From contig CAYJKP010000001.1 of assembly GCA_964371245.1 (NCBI GenBank), forward strand, positions 379,042 to 443,041: a DNA stretch of 64,000 bases, given 5' to 3'. Source of the stretch: an uncultured Gammaproteobacteria bacterium (GTDB taxonomy: Bacteria; Patescibacteriota; Patescibacteriia; JAHIZJ01). A model generated the notes under the pieces. That model made no database searches. It saw nothing but the letters and a program-made list of their open reading frames with translations, and was not told the DNA's origin. Positions 19,604 to 29,694 of this stretch are shown piece by piece. Made by a program: the position numbers and the translations under genes. Every line of letters begins with the position of its first letter. The first letter of the stretch is position 1.

Positions 19604-20022
19604 CAAAAGCGAAATCAGCGCTGGAACAATTTAAGGCCGGACCGTGGTCCATCACGATTGTGAAGCGCGAACGCATTCTTTTTCGTTCCAACATGAGCGG
19701 GATCAGTCCGTTGCTGCAAGCGGTGCATCAACTGGGAAAAGAGCTTGACCGGGCTGATATTTATGATAAAGTCATTGGACGAGCGGCCGCCTTTCTGGTT
19801 GTTTCAACGGGTATCCGGCGGGTCTATACGCCGGTGATCAGCCAGCCAGCCTTGGAGATTTTGCGTCGTAACCACCGGCCGGTAAGCTATCTGAAACGGG
19901 TTGACCGGATTCTCGATCGTAATTTGCGAGATCTCTGTCCGATGGAAAAGCTGTCGCTCGATGCTGATACGCCGGAACAGTTTATTAGATTAGTTTCACG
20001 TGCCTATGGCCTTCCTGGCTAA
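19600..20022 (+). CDS. hypothetical protein (DUF1893-like?)
   Basis: ATG at 19600 overlaps the upstream stop. The ORF-track N-terminal extension overlaps the membrane gene in another frame, so it was trimmed. Confidence 0.45.
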   Translation: MTKAKSALEQFKAGPWSITIVKRERILFRSNMSGISPLLQAVHQLGKELDRADIYDKVIGRAAAFLVVSTGIRRVYTPVISQPALEILRRNHRPVSYLKRVDRILDRNLRDLCPMEKLSLDADTPEQFIRLVSRAYGLPG

Positions 20023-22756
20023 AATCTTTGGTGATGCCAATAAGCGGATAGTTGAAAAACTACAGTCGGAAATCGCTCGATTGAGCGAGCGTGAGCCGGA
20101 GTTGCAAAAATTATCTGACTCAGACATCATCGCCAAAACAGAAGAACTGAAAGCCGCCCTGGCGAACGGAAAGTCGCCGGATGATATTATGCCGGAGGCT
20201 TTTGCATTGGTTCGGGAGGCGTCGCGTCGCCGTACGGGTATGCGTCATTTTGACGTCCAATTGATTGGCGGACTCGTCCTCCATCGGGGAAAAATAGCGG
20301 AAATGCGGACCGGTGAAGGAAAAACCCTTGTCGCCACTTTGGCTCTGTATCTCAATGCCCTGGCTGGCAAGGGCGCCCACCTGGTGACCGTCAACGATTA
20401 TTTGGCGCGCCGCGATACGGTCTGGATGGGACTAATTTATCATGCCCTTGGAATGAAAGTCGGCTGTATCCAGCACGAGGCGGCCTTTCTGTTTGATCCT
20501 GAGTTTAAAGCCGAGCAGGAAAGCTATAATTTTTTACGACCGGTTACGCGGAAAGAGGCCTATCAGGCTGATATCACCTACGGGACAAACAACGAATTTG
20601 GCTTTGATTACCTGCGCGACAATATGGCTGGACGGAAAGAGGATAAAGTCCAGCGGCCGCTCTATTACGCGATTGTCGATGAAGTCGACAGTATTTTGAT
20701 TGACGAAGCCCGGACGCCGCTGATCATTTCTTCGCCGGCCGAAGAATCAACTGACCTGTATTATAAGTTTGCAAAACTCATCCCGCAATTGAAAGAAAAC
20801 GAGGATTTTAATATCGATGAAAAGATGCGTTCGGCGACGCTGACCGATGCTGGCGTAGTGAAAATGGAACAATGGCTCGGACTCGACAACCTTTACGTTA
20901 TCGGCGGCTTGGAATTGATCCATCACATTGAACAGGCGCTTCGGGCGCAGACGCTCTATAAAAAAGACAAGGATTACGTCGTAAAAGACGGTGAAGTGAT
21001 CATCGTCGATGAATTCACCGGCCGGCTCATGCCCGGGCGGCGCTATTCGGAAGGCTTGCATCAAGCGATAGAGGCCAAGGAGGGCGTGAAGATTCAGCAA
21101 GAAAGCCGGACCATGGCGACGATCACGTTCCAGAACTATTTCCGCATGTACAAGAAGCTTGCCGGTATGACTGGAACGGCAGCCACCGAAGCCGAGGAAT
21201 TTTCGAAAATCTACACCCTCGATGTTGTCATTGTCCCGACCAATAAGGATATGATCCGGAAGGACCAGAATGATTTGATTTATAAAAACGAACAGGCGAA
21301 GTATCAGGCGGTCATGGAGGACATCAAGAATAATCAAGCGCAGGGCCGTCCGGTTCTCGTTGGAACGATCTCTATTGAAAAGAATGAGATACTGAGCGAA
21401 CTTCTCGAACGAAATGGCGTTCCTCACCAAGTGTTGAACGCAAAACAGCACGAGAAAGAAGCGAAGATTATTACCCAGGCCGGCCGGCTCGGCGCCGTCA
21501 CCATCGCGACAAACATGGCTGGTCGCGGCGTCGATATTGTCTTGGGCGGTAATCCACCCGAACCAGGGGAGGCAAAAAAGGTGCGAGAACTCGGCGGGTT
21601 GTACGTCATCGGGACGGAACGCCACGAGTCGCGGCGGATTGACAACCAGCTGCGCGGACGTTCTGGTCGGCAGGGTGATCCGGGTGCGTCGCGATTTTTT
21701 GTTTCGCTGGAGGATGATCTCATGCGGATCTTCGGCTCGGACCGGCTGAAAAGCGTCATGGAACGGCTCGGCGTCCCGGATGACATGCCGATCGAGAATC
21801 GGATGATCTCCTCGTCCATCGAATCGGCCCAGAAAAAGGTTGAGGGCTATAATTTTGATATCCGGAAACGGCTCGTCGAATTTGACGATGTCATTAACAA
21901 ACATCGCGAAGTTATTTATAAAAAACGTGACGACATACTCGAGGCGGCCGAACATGAGGGAGCACTGCGAGAAAAAATACGGGAAATGGTCAACGCTGAA
22001 GTGGAACAAGTTATTTCCTTCCATACCGCCGATGAAAACAGCCAAAACTGGAACCTCAAAGAAGTCAGTGAGGTGCTCAATACCATATTTCCGTCCCGGC
22101 CTGATATTTTGAAACGGCTGCAGGAAATAGTTGAAAGCGCCCGCGACAAGCTCCATCTGGCCCAGGTACGGACCGAAATAATCAATTATTGCAACGACCT
22201 GGCTCACGAAACAATCCAGCAAATGGAGCAGCGGGTGAATAATCCGCAATTAATGCATGAAATCAGACGCGGCGTTCTTTTGCGCAGTATTGATCTGCTT
22301 TGGGTTGAGCATTTGGAACAAATGGATTATCTCCGGAAGGGGATTGGCTTGCGCGGTTACGGCCAGCGCGATCCGCTGATTGAGTATAAGAAAGAAGCCT
22401 ATGACATGTTCTCGCAGCTGATCAGCAGTATTCAGAACCAAGTCGTTCATACGATCTTCAAAATCGGCCAGGTCAAGCAAGAGAATGCTCCCGAGACGAC
22501 GGCGCCGGTAATTGAAATGGGACCCTCTAAAACCATGGAAGAAGGACGCGGTCAATTCCAGCAGATCCAAGCCCCACCGCCGGGCGAAAAGGGCGGATCT
22601 GAAAATGATGACGCGACAATAACAAAACCGGGTCCGATCCCTGGCACCATTATAAAAGCGGGCAGGCTGCGGATGAAAGACGGCACTAAAATCGGCCGAA
22701 ACGATCCTTGTCCGTGCGGCTCAGGAAAGAAGTTCAAGAAGTGCCATGGAAAATGA
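20000..22756 (+). CDS. secA: preprotein translocase ATPase SecA
   Basis: DEAD-motor motifs MRTGEGKT and [18 protein letters not shown], the [25 protein letters not shown] motif, and a C-terminal zinc finger [14 protein letters not shown]. Confidence 0.97.
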   Translation: MPMAFLAKIFGDANKRIVEKLQSEIARLSEREPELQKLSDSDIIAKTEELKAALANGKSPDDIMPEAFALVREASRRRTGMRHFDVQLIGGLVLHRGKIAEMRTGEGKTLVATLALYLNALAGKGAHLVTVNDYLARRDTVWMGLIYHALGMKVGCIQHEAAFLFDPEFKAEQESYNFLRPVTRKEAYQADITYGTNNEFGFDYLRDNMAGRKEDKVQRPLYYAIVDEVDSILIDEARTPLIISSPAEESTDLYYKFAKLIPQLKENEDFNIDEKMRSATLTDAGVVKMEQWLGLDNLYVIGGLELIHHIEQALRAQTLYKKDKDYVVKDGEVIIVDEFTGRLMPGRRYSEGLHQAIEAKEGVKIQQESRTMATITFQNYFRMYKKLAGMTGTAATEAEEFSKIYTLDVVIVPTNKDMIRKDQNDLIYKNEQAKYQAVMEDIKNNQAQGRPVLVGTISIEKNEILSELLERNGVPHQVLNAKQHEKEAKIITQAGRLGAVTIATNMAGRGVDIVLGGNPPEPGEAKKVRELGGLYVIGTERHESRRIDNQLRGRSGRQGDPGASRFFVSLEDDLMRIFGSDRLKSVMERLGVPDDMPIENRMISSSIESAQKKVEGYNFDIRKRLVEFDDVINKHREVIYKKRDDILEAAEHEGALREKIREMVNAEVEQVISFHTADENSQNWNLKEVSEVLNTIFPSRPDILKRLQEIVESARDKLHLAQVRTEIINYCNDLAHETIQQMEQRVNNPQLMHEIRRGVLLRSIDLLWVEHLEQMDYLRKGIGLRGYGQRDPLIEYKKEAYDMFSQLISSIQNQVVHTIFKIGQVKQENAPETTAPVIEMGPSKTMEEGRGQFQQIQAPPPGEKGGSENDDATITKPGPIPGTIIKAGRLRMKDGTKIGRNDPCPCGSGKKFKKCHGK

Positions 22757-22771
22757 AAATAAGTAACAATA

Positions 22772-23191
22772 ATGGCAAGTAAAAAATGCCTCGGCATTGA
22801 TCACATTCAGATCGGAGTAAAGAATATTAGCCAGTCGGGTCCATTTTATGATCAGTTGCTTAAATATTTCGGTTTCAAGGTTTTATCGACAAGAAAAAAT
22901 TATCGCAACTGGCACAACGGCGGACGCAATACATTCAGCATTAAACAGGTTGCGGCAAAACATGCCCGGATTAAATATCACCGAAAACAAATCGGCTTGA
23001 ATCATATCGCTTTTCGGGCGACAACCAAATCGCAAATCAATGCATTTTATAAAGACTTTTTGGTAAAGCACAATATTCCTGTCTTATATGGCGGCCCAAA
23101 AAGCTATCCGGAATATTATGAAGATTATTACGCCGTTTATTTTGAAGACCCGGATAGAATCAAGCTGGAATATATGTGGTTTAGACGATAG
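22772..23191 (+). CDS. VOC/glyoxalase/bleomycin-resistance fold protein
   Basis: LGIDHIQIGV...LNHIAF pattern of the paired beta-alpha-beta-beta-beta fold. Confidence 0.6.
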   Translation: MASKKCLGIDHIQIGVKNISQSGPFYDQLLKYFGFKVLSTRKNYRNWHNGGRNTFSIKQVAAKHARIKYHRKQIGLNHIAFRATTKSQINAFYKDFLVKHNIPVLYGGPKSYPEYYEDYYAVYFEDPDRIKLEYMWFRR

Positions 23192-23205
23192 AATCGAGCG
23201 TTGTC

Positions 23206-23739
23206 ATGGGAAATAGCGATCAAGATATGTCGAATTACTATATTTCAACAAAAGAGCATCCCTATCATCTTTCCGTTGGCGCGATCGTAGTAAATGATCG
23301 AGGTGAAGTTCTTTGCCACCATTTTCATTCAATTGATGTGCCGGGTACTACGTTTAAAGACCTATATTTACTCATTCGAGAGTCACTTGATCCTAACGAA
23401 ACGCTGGAGGCCGCGGTGCATCGGGGTTTACTTGAAGAAGCGGGCGTTGAAGCGGCTGTCCAAATGTTCATCGGATCGATTGTCAGCCAGTTTAATCGGG
23501 AGGATATTATTGCCCAGAAAACAACACTCTATTTCTTATGTAAGTTAATAAAATTCGATATCGTAAGGCGCGATAAATCTGATCCCGAGGCTGGGAGCGA
23601 GATAACCTTTCTTCCGATTGACTCCTTGATTGATAAAATGAAGTCACAATATGATCGTTATAAAAGGTCAGACTTTGATGAAACGTACATATTAGAAGAG
23701 ACCAAGAAATATTTAGGACGTCACGGGAGACGGCAATGA
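23206..23739 (+). CDS. NUDIX hydrolase
   Basis: Nudix box REx2EExGV (LLEEAGVEA). Confidence 0.7.
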   Translation: MGNSDQDMSNYYISTKEHPYHLSVGAIVVNDRGEVLCHHFHSIDVPGTTFKDLYLLIRESLDPNETLEAAVHRGLLEEAGVEAAVQMFIGSIVSQFNREDIIAQKTTLYFLCKLIKFDIVRRDKSDPEAGSEITFLPIDSLIDKMKSQYDRYKRSDFDETYILEETKKYLGRHGRRQ

Positions 23740-24188
23740 ACGAAATAAAAAACAATCTGGTGCTTGAGCTACACATCCCTGATTTCGCTAAAGCCAGGGA
23801 TTTTTATTCGTTGTTTGGTTTTACCCAGCTGAACTACGACCCGACCTCGGGCGGCGGCAGCGATCTCGGATATATGGTGTTAAAGCGATCCGACACGATC
23901 GGCGATACATACATCAATTTTTACGGGGACTCAGAGAAAGTTGCCCAACATGGCTTTTTTGAGGATATACCGGCCACAACGCCGCGCGGGTATGAGGTTG
24001 AAATAACAATTCCGGTTTCAAACGTTGAAGGATTGTGGGCGTCGGTCAAAGATATTGTGCCGCCGGAACAGCTCGCGCAGCCGTTAACGCTCAAGCGTTG
24101 GGGGAAAAAGGACTTTCGCGTGGCTGATCCATTCGGCTTTTATGTCCGATTTACCGAGCTCTTCGATTGGTTCAAGACTGGACGATAA
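23736..24188 (+). CDS. VOC/glyoxalase-fold protein
   Basis: LELHIPDFAKARDFYSLFGF N-terminus typical of bleomycin-resistance-like proteins. Confidence 0.55.
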   Translation: MNEIKNNLVLELHIPDFAKARDFYSLFGFTQLNYDPTSGGGSDLGYMVLKRSDTIGDTYINFYGDSEKVAQHGFFEDIPATTPRGYEVEITIPVSNVEGLWASVKDIVPPEQLAQPLTLKRWGKKDFRVADPFGFYVRFTELFDWFKTGR

Positions 24189-24277
24189 TAGAAATTTAGG
24201 CTATACTTTATTCCTAATTCGCAATCGATAAACCACCGGGATTGCCTGGTGATTTTCGGTATAATACGCGTTTGGCC

Positions 24278-24781
24278 ATGTCTAAGAATTCTATAAAAAA
24301 AGTAATCATCGTTGACGAGAACGATCACGAAATCGGCGCGAAAAAACGCACGGAAATGACGGCGGAGGATATGTACCGCGTGGCCGCGCTTTGGATAACC
24401 GATGTGCGCGGCGGCATTCTGTTGGCGAAACGGAGCAATGAAAAATCACACGACCCGGGCAAATGGGGGCCGGCCGTGGCCGGTACGGTTGAGGCTGGTG
24501 AAACCTACGATGACAATATCATAAAGGAAACCGAAGAGGAGCTGGGCATTAAGCTTGAGAATCTACGGCAAGGACCGAAAATTGAAATTTATGGCGAGTA
24601 CCACTATTTCTGCCAGTGGTACTTCATGCAAATAGATAAACCGCTGAAGAAATACCGCCTGCAAAAATCAGAAGTTGCTGAAGTGCGCTGGTTTAAAAAG
24701 GAAGAACTCATCCAGGAGCTAAAAAACCAGCCCGAGTTATTTTTACCGAGCATGGCTCAATTTATCAATTCTTTCTTTTGA
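24278..24781 (+). CDS. NUDIX hydrolase (IDI-like)
   Basis: Nudix box GTVEAGETYDDNIIKETEEELGI. Start taken at MSKNSIKK. Confidence 0.7.
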   Translation: MSKNSIKKVIIVDENDHEIGAKKRTEMTAEDMYRVAALWITDVRGGILLAKRSNEKSHDPGKWGPAVAGTVEAGETYDDNIIKETEEELGIKLENLRQGPKIEIYGEYHYFCQWYFMQIDKPLKKYRLQKSEVAEVRWFKKEELIQELKNQPELFLPSMAQFINSFF

Positions 24782-24808
24782 AGCCACTGTTATTTACGAA
24801 ACCAAAAT

Positions 24809-25321
24809 ATGCCGGCCGAAAAAATAAGCCTGAGCGATGCCAAGCCAAACAAACTCTTCTATTTCGTCGCCAACGTCGTGATCTATCGCGAGAGTGACGG
24901 CCGCTGCCTGATCTTAAAGCGCGCGCAGACTGAAAAAGTTCATCCGGGCAAATACTGCGTACCGGGCGGGAAGCTCGAATGGGAACAATTTGATCTCAAT
25001 AATCCGACTCGCCGGAATGGTGACGTTTTGGATTATGAGAACGCGGTGGAAGAGCTGCTGAAGCGCGAAGCGCGGGAAGAAGCCGGTGTTGAAATTGAAC
25101 CAACGATTCGGTATATTAATAGCGTGGCGTTTGTCCGGCCAGACGGCATCCCAGTCGCCTTGGTCAAGTTTGCAGCCAAATATGTGAGCGGTGAGGTAAA
25201 ACTTGAGGCTGGAGCATTTGAAGACTTCGCCTGGGTAAATGCGGATGAGGTAGAAAAATTCGATTGCATTCTTGGCTTACCCGAAGAAATCAGGCAGACA
25301 ACAAAAACATTTCTGAAATAA
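24809..25321 (+). CDS. NUDIX hydrolase
   Basis: Nudix box GGKLEWEQ...REAREEAGVEIE. Confidence 0.7.
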   Translation: MPAEKISLSDAKPNKLFYFVANVVIYRESDGRCLILKRAQTEKVHPGKYCVPGGKLEWEQFDLNNPTRRNGDVLDYENAVEELLKREAREEAGVEIEPTIRYINSVAFVRPDGIPVALVKFAAKYVSGEVKLEAGAFEDFAWVNADEVEKFDCILGLPEEIRQTTKTFLK

Positions 25322-25325
25322 TTGA

Positions 25326-26054
25326 ATGTCAGTAACGTTCAATATTCTAAAAAATCATCCCGAAGTCATCTGCGGTATCACTGAACAGTCTGATGGTTCA
25401 ATGGGGTATACGACGCCGGGTGAGACAAAAAAGTATCAGCTAGCGAATCGGGAGCGCTATTTTACAGATCACGACCTGCCGATAAAACGGTTGTATCTGC
25501 CGCTCATGAAACACGGGACGGATATTACGGTTCTCGAACAATACAAAAACGTCAGTCCGGCGATCGCTGATGGCGTCGTCACGCATCTGTCTGGCGTCGT
25601 GCTGGGCATCACGAATGCGGACTGCTTTCCAATTTTTGCGTACGATCCGATACAACACGTGATCGGATTGGCGCATGCGGGCTGGCGCGGCGTCGTTGGG
25701 AATGTTGCGGCCAACCTGATCGTCACTATGACAACGAAATTCCGCTGCTTGAAAGGGGATATCCATGTCGGTATCGGGCCGGGCATACGGAAGTGCCATT
25801 TTGAAATCGACGCGAACGCCTTACCACGCTATATCGCGTATTCCGAGTTTGTGTATGGACGCGATAAAAAGATCTTTGTCTCGCTTGATGATATTCTGCA
25901 TCGGCAATTGCTCTATGCCGGTATAAAACGCGAACACATTGAATTGTCGCAACAATGCACCTATTGTATGGCAGAAACATATTTCTCTAATCGTCGCGAT
26001 AAGCCGAAGAGGCTCGAGACAATGATTTCGTATATTTATCGCCGGACGGATTGA
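25326..26054 (+). CDS. pgeF: peptidoglycan editing factor PgeF / YfiH (DUF152, Cu-oxidase_4)
   Basis: NADCFPI, HAGWRG and CTYC conserved motifs. Confidence 0.8.
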   Translation: MSVTFNILKNHPEVICGITEQSDGSMGYTTPGETKKYQLANRERYFTDHDLPIKRLYLPLMKHGTDITVLEQYKNVSPAIADGVVTHLSGVVLGITNADCFPIFAYDPIQHVIGLAHAGWRGVVGNVAANLIVTMTTKFRCLKGDIHVGIGPGIRKCHFEIDANALPRYIAYSEFVYGRDKKIFVSLDDILHRQLLYAGIKREHIELSQQCTYCMAETYFSNRRDKPKRLETMISYIYRRTD

Positions 26055-26114
26055 TAAATTCAAATTGAATCATACAGCGCGTATCAACGCGCCTCTTTTG
26101 TTTGGCTAAGAGGA

Positions 26115-26143
26115 TTGACAAGGGCATGAAAATGTGCTAATAT
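26115..26143 (+). promoter_or_regulatory. sigma70-like promoter (TTGACA-17-TAATAT)
   Basis: Consensus -35 and near-consensus -10. Confidence 0.65.
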
Positions 26144-26302
26144 TACGGTAGAGGAAATCAAAACAAACACAAAAAGGGGCTAGACGTATTTCTAGCCTCA
26201 GGGCCCAAGAGAGGCCCGCTGGGACTGTAGCGCCTAGCCCCCATTTCCCCTGATTTCCTCCGCAGTCCCACGTTGGTTTACATAAAACAAAAACAAAAAA
26301 CA
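26144..26302 (+). promoter_or_regulatory. structured GC-rich 5' leader (nested hairpins GGCTAG..CTAGCC and GGGCC..GGCCC) upstream of the FG-GAP/LDT gene
   Basis: ~160-nt UTR with local GC elevation and several perfect inverted repeats. Confidence 0.4.
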
Positions 26303-27736
26303 ATGTCGAAAACATTCAAAACCATTTTTGGTTTCAGCGTTGGTTTATTCGCCGCTGTTTTTTTATTTTCACGTCCGGCTCTCGCTGAACCCTCGCGGGC
26401 GCCGCTTTTACGGATCGTCAATCCAGGCACGATGCAAACGGAACGCGAGTTCTATGCCTTTGATGAAAATTTCAAAGGCGGCGGAACGGTTGCGGTTGGC
26501 GATCTTGGTGGCGATGGCATGAAGGAAATTGTTGTTGGTGCCGGACCCGGCGGGGGACCACAAGTGCGTATCTTACGACTCGACGGTACGGAGATCAGAA
26601 ATTTCTTTGTTTATGGTGAAGACTTCCGAGGTGGTTTGCGCGTGGCGGTCGGCGATTTAAATGGCGACGGCCGTGACGAAATTATTACCGGGACGGGCGA
26701 AGGTGGCGGACCGCAGATACGCGTTTTTGACGGTTATGGAAGGGAAAAGTTTACAGCTGGTTTTTTTGCCTTTGCGGAAGACTACCGCGGCGGCGTACAA
26801 GTGGCGGCCTGCGACGTCGATGGCAACGGGTTAAAAGAGATACTTGTTGGCAGCGGACGGAACAGCCAGGCGCACGTTCGGGTGTTTAATCGATTTGGCG
26901 TTTCTACCGGCGTTGAATTTCGTCCATTCGGCGATAAAGAAATAAACGGTGTTTCACTCGGCTGCGCCAACATTGACGGCGGGGAGAAAGAAGAGGTTGT
27001 TATTGGCGCGAATGGCCGTGAGTCGTCGATTGTAAAAGTATATAGCTCCGAGAACGCGACAACCGCACAAAGTGAGTTCTTAGCTTTTCCGAGCTCGTTC
27101 CAAGGTGGCGTAAATGTCGCCGGGGGCGATATCGATGGCGATACGTATGATGAAATCGTTGTCAGCGCCAATTCCGGCGGCGGTCCACATGTCCGCGGTT
27201 TTGAGGCAGACGGACGCGAACTGCCACTGAATTATTTCGCCTATGAGACGGACTTTCGTGGCGGCGTCAATATTGCGCTTGGAAACGTCCTCGGAAGTCC
27301 GAAGGCTGAAGTCATTACGCTGCCGGACCGGCTCCTGTCAGAAGGACGGACTGACCTGCCAAAATATATCGAGATCGATTTGGCAAAACAAATCTTTAGG
27401 CTATTTATAGACGGTTATAAAGTCGCCGAGTTTCCGGTCTCAAGCGGCAAGTCAGGTATGGACACACCGAAGGGCGAATTCAAGGTACTAAGCAAAGCGC
27501 GCGTAGCATATTCCAGCAAGTATGGACTTTGGATGCCGAACTTCATGCTGTTCACGAGGCAAGGTCACGGTATTCATGGATTGCCGTTCTGGAAGTTACG
27601 CGGTGGTGGTGTTATTTATGAGGGCGAAATCCATTTAGGGCGCAAAGTATCGCACGGCTGCGTCCGTTTGCCAGTGCCCGGATCATATGAAGTGTTTGAT
27701 AAGATCGACGTCGGCACGCCAATCTTCATCCACTAA
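26303..27736 (+). CDS. secreted FG-GAP-repeat beta-propeller protein fused to an L,D-transpeptidase (YkuD) catalytic domain
   Basis: Signal peptide, six or more FG-GAP-like repeats (VGDLxGDGxxEIV...GGGPQVR). The C-terminus carries HGxxxxxxxxxSHGCVRL with the catalytic Cys. Confidence 0.8.
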   Translation: MSKTFKTIFGFSVGLFAAVFLFSRPALAEPSRAPLLRIVNPGTMQTEREFYAFDENFKGGGTVAVGDLGGDGMKEIVVGAGPGGGPQVRILRLDGTEIRNFFVYGEDFRGGLRVAVGDLNGDGRDEIITGTGEGGGPQIRVFDGYGREKFTAGFFAFAEDYRGGVQVAACDVDGNGLKEILVGSGRNSQAHVRVFNRFGVSTGVEFRPFGDKEINGVSLGCANIDGGEKEEVVIGANGRESSIVKVYSSENATTAQSEFLAFPSSFQGGVNVAGGDIDGDTYDEIVVSANSGGGPHVRGFEADGRELPLNYFAYETDFRGGVNIALGNVLGSPKAEVITLPDRLLSEGRTDLPKYIEIDLAKQIFRLFIDGYKVAEFPVSSGKSGMDTPKGEFKVLSKARVAYSSKYGLWMPNFMLFTRQGHGIHGLPFWKLRGGGVIYEGEIHLGRKVSHGCVRLPVPGSYEVFDKIDVGTPIFIH

Positions 27737-27852
27737 AAATATCGATATACTTTACCAGGGCGGCGACACAGCCGTCTTTTGGTTTCCATTGACAAAATAT
27801 GAAAATATGCTAGGCTAGCAGGTTCTTTGTTAGGTTATCCACGGAGCAAACA

Positions 27853-28857
27853 TTGTCGGAAACGGCAATACGGCATAGCTTGGGACTGGTCCAACAGAAA
27901 GAGGTGAGTCAGATGGCTGCAACTGAAAGCAACTGGCAGATCGTCTACCGAAACGCGCCGTTGTTGTATCACTCCGTCCACGACCCTCGCGGAAAGGGAG
28001 CGGCGAGGAACCAGCGCGTGAATTCAATCACCCGGGCCGACGTCTTTGACCCGGACTGGCTGACTGTCGCGGACAATCCGGCGCTGGCTGAGAAGCGCGA
28101 TTTCCCGGCCTGGCTCTATTACGAGGTTGTGGCCGGCCGGCAACGGTACCTGTACCTCTTCTTCGAAGTCTATCACCCGATAGACGACAAAGGGCTGCCC
28201 CTCGGTCTGGGCAGCCATCCGCAGGACTTGGAGTGGGTCTGCCAGGTCTATGACCGCGAGCAGAATACCGTCGTCGCGGCCATCACGCTGTTCCATGATA
28301 TGTGGTACTGGGGCTATCGGAAGGACGCCGGTGTGCTGCCGCGGTCGAACATTCTGACCATGCGGCCACTGCATATCGACGCACCGACCCAGCGCCCCAC
28401 CATCCACATCCAGGACGGCGGACACGGAATCCGGCTATTCGATCCGAAGAAGCCGCGGGAGCCATGGCTCATCTTCGTGCCGCACACGACGACGGCTGAT
28501 GTCCCGGCTGAGATCCCATGGTTCACCAAGGGCGGCATCACGCCCTGGAAGACGGTCCGGTATCGACTCGTGAGTATGTCGCAACCCGGCGGTCTCCTGG
28601 CTCATCGGGATGATCTGAACGTGTTCCGGACTACCAATCGGCAACAGCGGCTCGCGGCTAGGGCGAATGGCAAGATCGTCGCCAGTCCGGCCACGCCGGT
28701 TTGGAGCACGGGCCTGGCGACCGAACTTGTTCGGACGCGAGTAGCCGGCGTGGATCGTTGGCTCGCACCCATCGTTATCAACCCGAACAGGATCGTTGTT
28801 CAGGCATTCAAAGGCATCGCGCGGGAGGCGATTGTCGAGAACCCGTTTCTCGTCTAA
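27853..28857 (+). CDS. hypothetical protein encoded in a GC-rich (~62%) island
   Basis: 334-aa ORF with clean codon structure, its own promoter-like TTGACA upstream and a strong terminator downstream. No recognizable family. Confidence 0.6.
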   Translation: MSETAIRHSLGLVQQKEVSQMAATESNWQIVYRNAPLLYHSVHDPRGKGAARNQRVNSITRADVFDPDWLTVADNPALAEKRDFPAWLYYEVVAGRQRYLYLFFEVYHPIDDKGLPLGLGSHPQDLEWVCQVYDREQNTVVAAITLFHDMWYWGYRKDAGVLPRSNILTMRPLHIDAPTQRPTIHIQDGGHGIRLFDPKKPREPWLIFVPHTTTADVPAEIPWFTKGGITPWKTVRYRLVSMSQPGGLLAHRDDLNVFRTTNRQQRLAARANGKIVASPATPVWSTGLATELVRTRVAGVDRWLAPIVINPNRIVVQAFKGIAREAIVENPFLV

Positions 28858-28861
28858 GCGT

Positions 28862-28906
28862 GGGGGCAGCGAACACAACCGTGTTCGGACGCCCCCTTTT
28901 TCTTTT
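28862..28906 (+). terminator. intrinsic terminator
   Basis: GGGGGCAGCGAACACAACCGTGTTCGGACGCCCCC followed by TTTTTCTTTT. Confidence 0.8.
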
Positions 28907-28957
28907 CAAAAAGTATATATTCGTGTATCATAGGTATGTTAATACTTTTCGAGAATT

Positions 28958-29497
28958 ATGGAACAATCACAAACAAGCAATAAATTTAGTTCACGGACAA
29001 TCTGGGGCATTATTATCGTCGGCGTCGGCGTCGTCTTTCTTTTACGAGAGATGGGCGTAAATATAAACCTCGGTGATTTTTGGCCGGCAGTTCTGATTGT
29101 GCCGGGCTTGGCGTTTTGGGCGCTGTTTTTTTCAAAGCGCGGTCAAAGGGGGATTGAAGGCGTCTTAATCCCAGGCACGATCCTCGTCCTCTACGGCGGA
29201 TTCTTCCTTTTTGAAACATTGGTCGACTGGAAATACACGAGCGAAACCGCTTTCTTTTATACACTCGCGGTCGGGCTGGCATTTTTCGCTGCTCATTATT
29301 TGGGCAATCGTTCGCGTGGATTTCTCGTGCCGGCCTGGATATTGACAGGTGTAAGCGCGCTCCAGTTTTTCTCAACAACGCTTACCTGGGATTTCATGTG
29401 GTCGGTCGTCTTGATCATCGTCGGGTTATGGGTGTTGTTAAAGCGGAAGAAACAAGCACCAGACAATCAACCCGACCAAAATGTTGACAAAAAGTAA
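28958..29497 (+). CDS. membrane protein with LiaF/LiaI-like N-terminal TM module (DUF5668-like)
   Basis: 4-5 TM helices. The WPAVLIVPGLAFW motif resembles the 45710 paralog. Confidence 0.5.
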   Translation: MEQSQTSNKFSSRTIWGIIIVGVGVVFLLREMGVNINLGDFWPAVLIVPGLAFWALFFSKRGQRGIEGVLIPGTILVLYGGFFLFETLVDWKYTSETAFFYTLAVGLAFFAAHYLGNRSRGFLVPAWILTGVSALQFFSTTLTWDFMWSVVLIIVGLWVLLKRKKQAPDNQPDQNVDKK

Positions 29498-29513
29498 TAC
29501 ACGTATTGTCCCA

Positions 29514-29541
29514 TTGACATATTAGGAGTATCCAGTATAAT
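29514..29541 (+). promoter_or_regulatory. sigma70-like promoter (TTGACA-16-TATAAT) of the giant adhesin gene
   Basis: Perfect hexamers. Confidence 0.7.
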
Positions 29542-29606
29542 ACCAAAACTGACCTGTGATACCCAACGCCTATGACGGGAAAACAACTAATATACGCTAA
29601 TATTAG

Positions 29607-29631
29607 CTAACCAACTACTGGTTAGTTTTTG
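29607..29631 (+). promoter_or_regulatory. leader hairpin plus U-run (possible attenuator) in the 5' UTR of the adhesin gene
   Basis: CTAACCAactacTGGTTAG followed by TTTTTG, about 65 nt before the RBS AAGGAG. Confidence 0.45.
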
Positions 29632-29694
29632 TTTATATATCAATTGTGGCAATTTAAAGAGATAGCTTACTCATTTAAAGAAGGAGACAATAAA

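Noticed and set aside
20747-22249. 500-aa antisense ORF inside secA
   Set aside because: It lies entirely within the strongly supported secA reading frame on the opposite strand. Its product is low-complexity and hydrophobic/aromatic-rich with no motifs. Long antisense ORFs arise readily in genes with biased codon usage.
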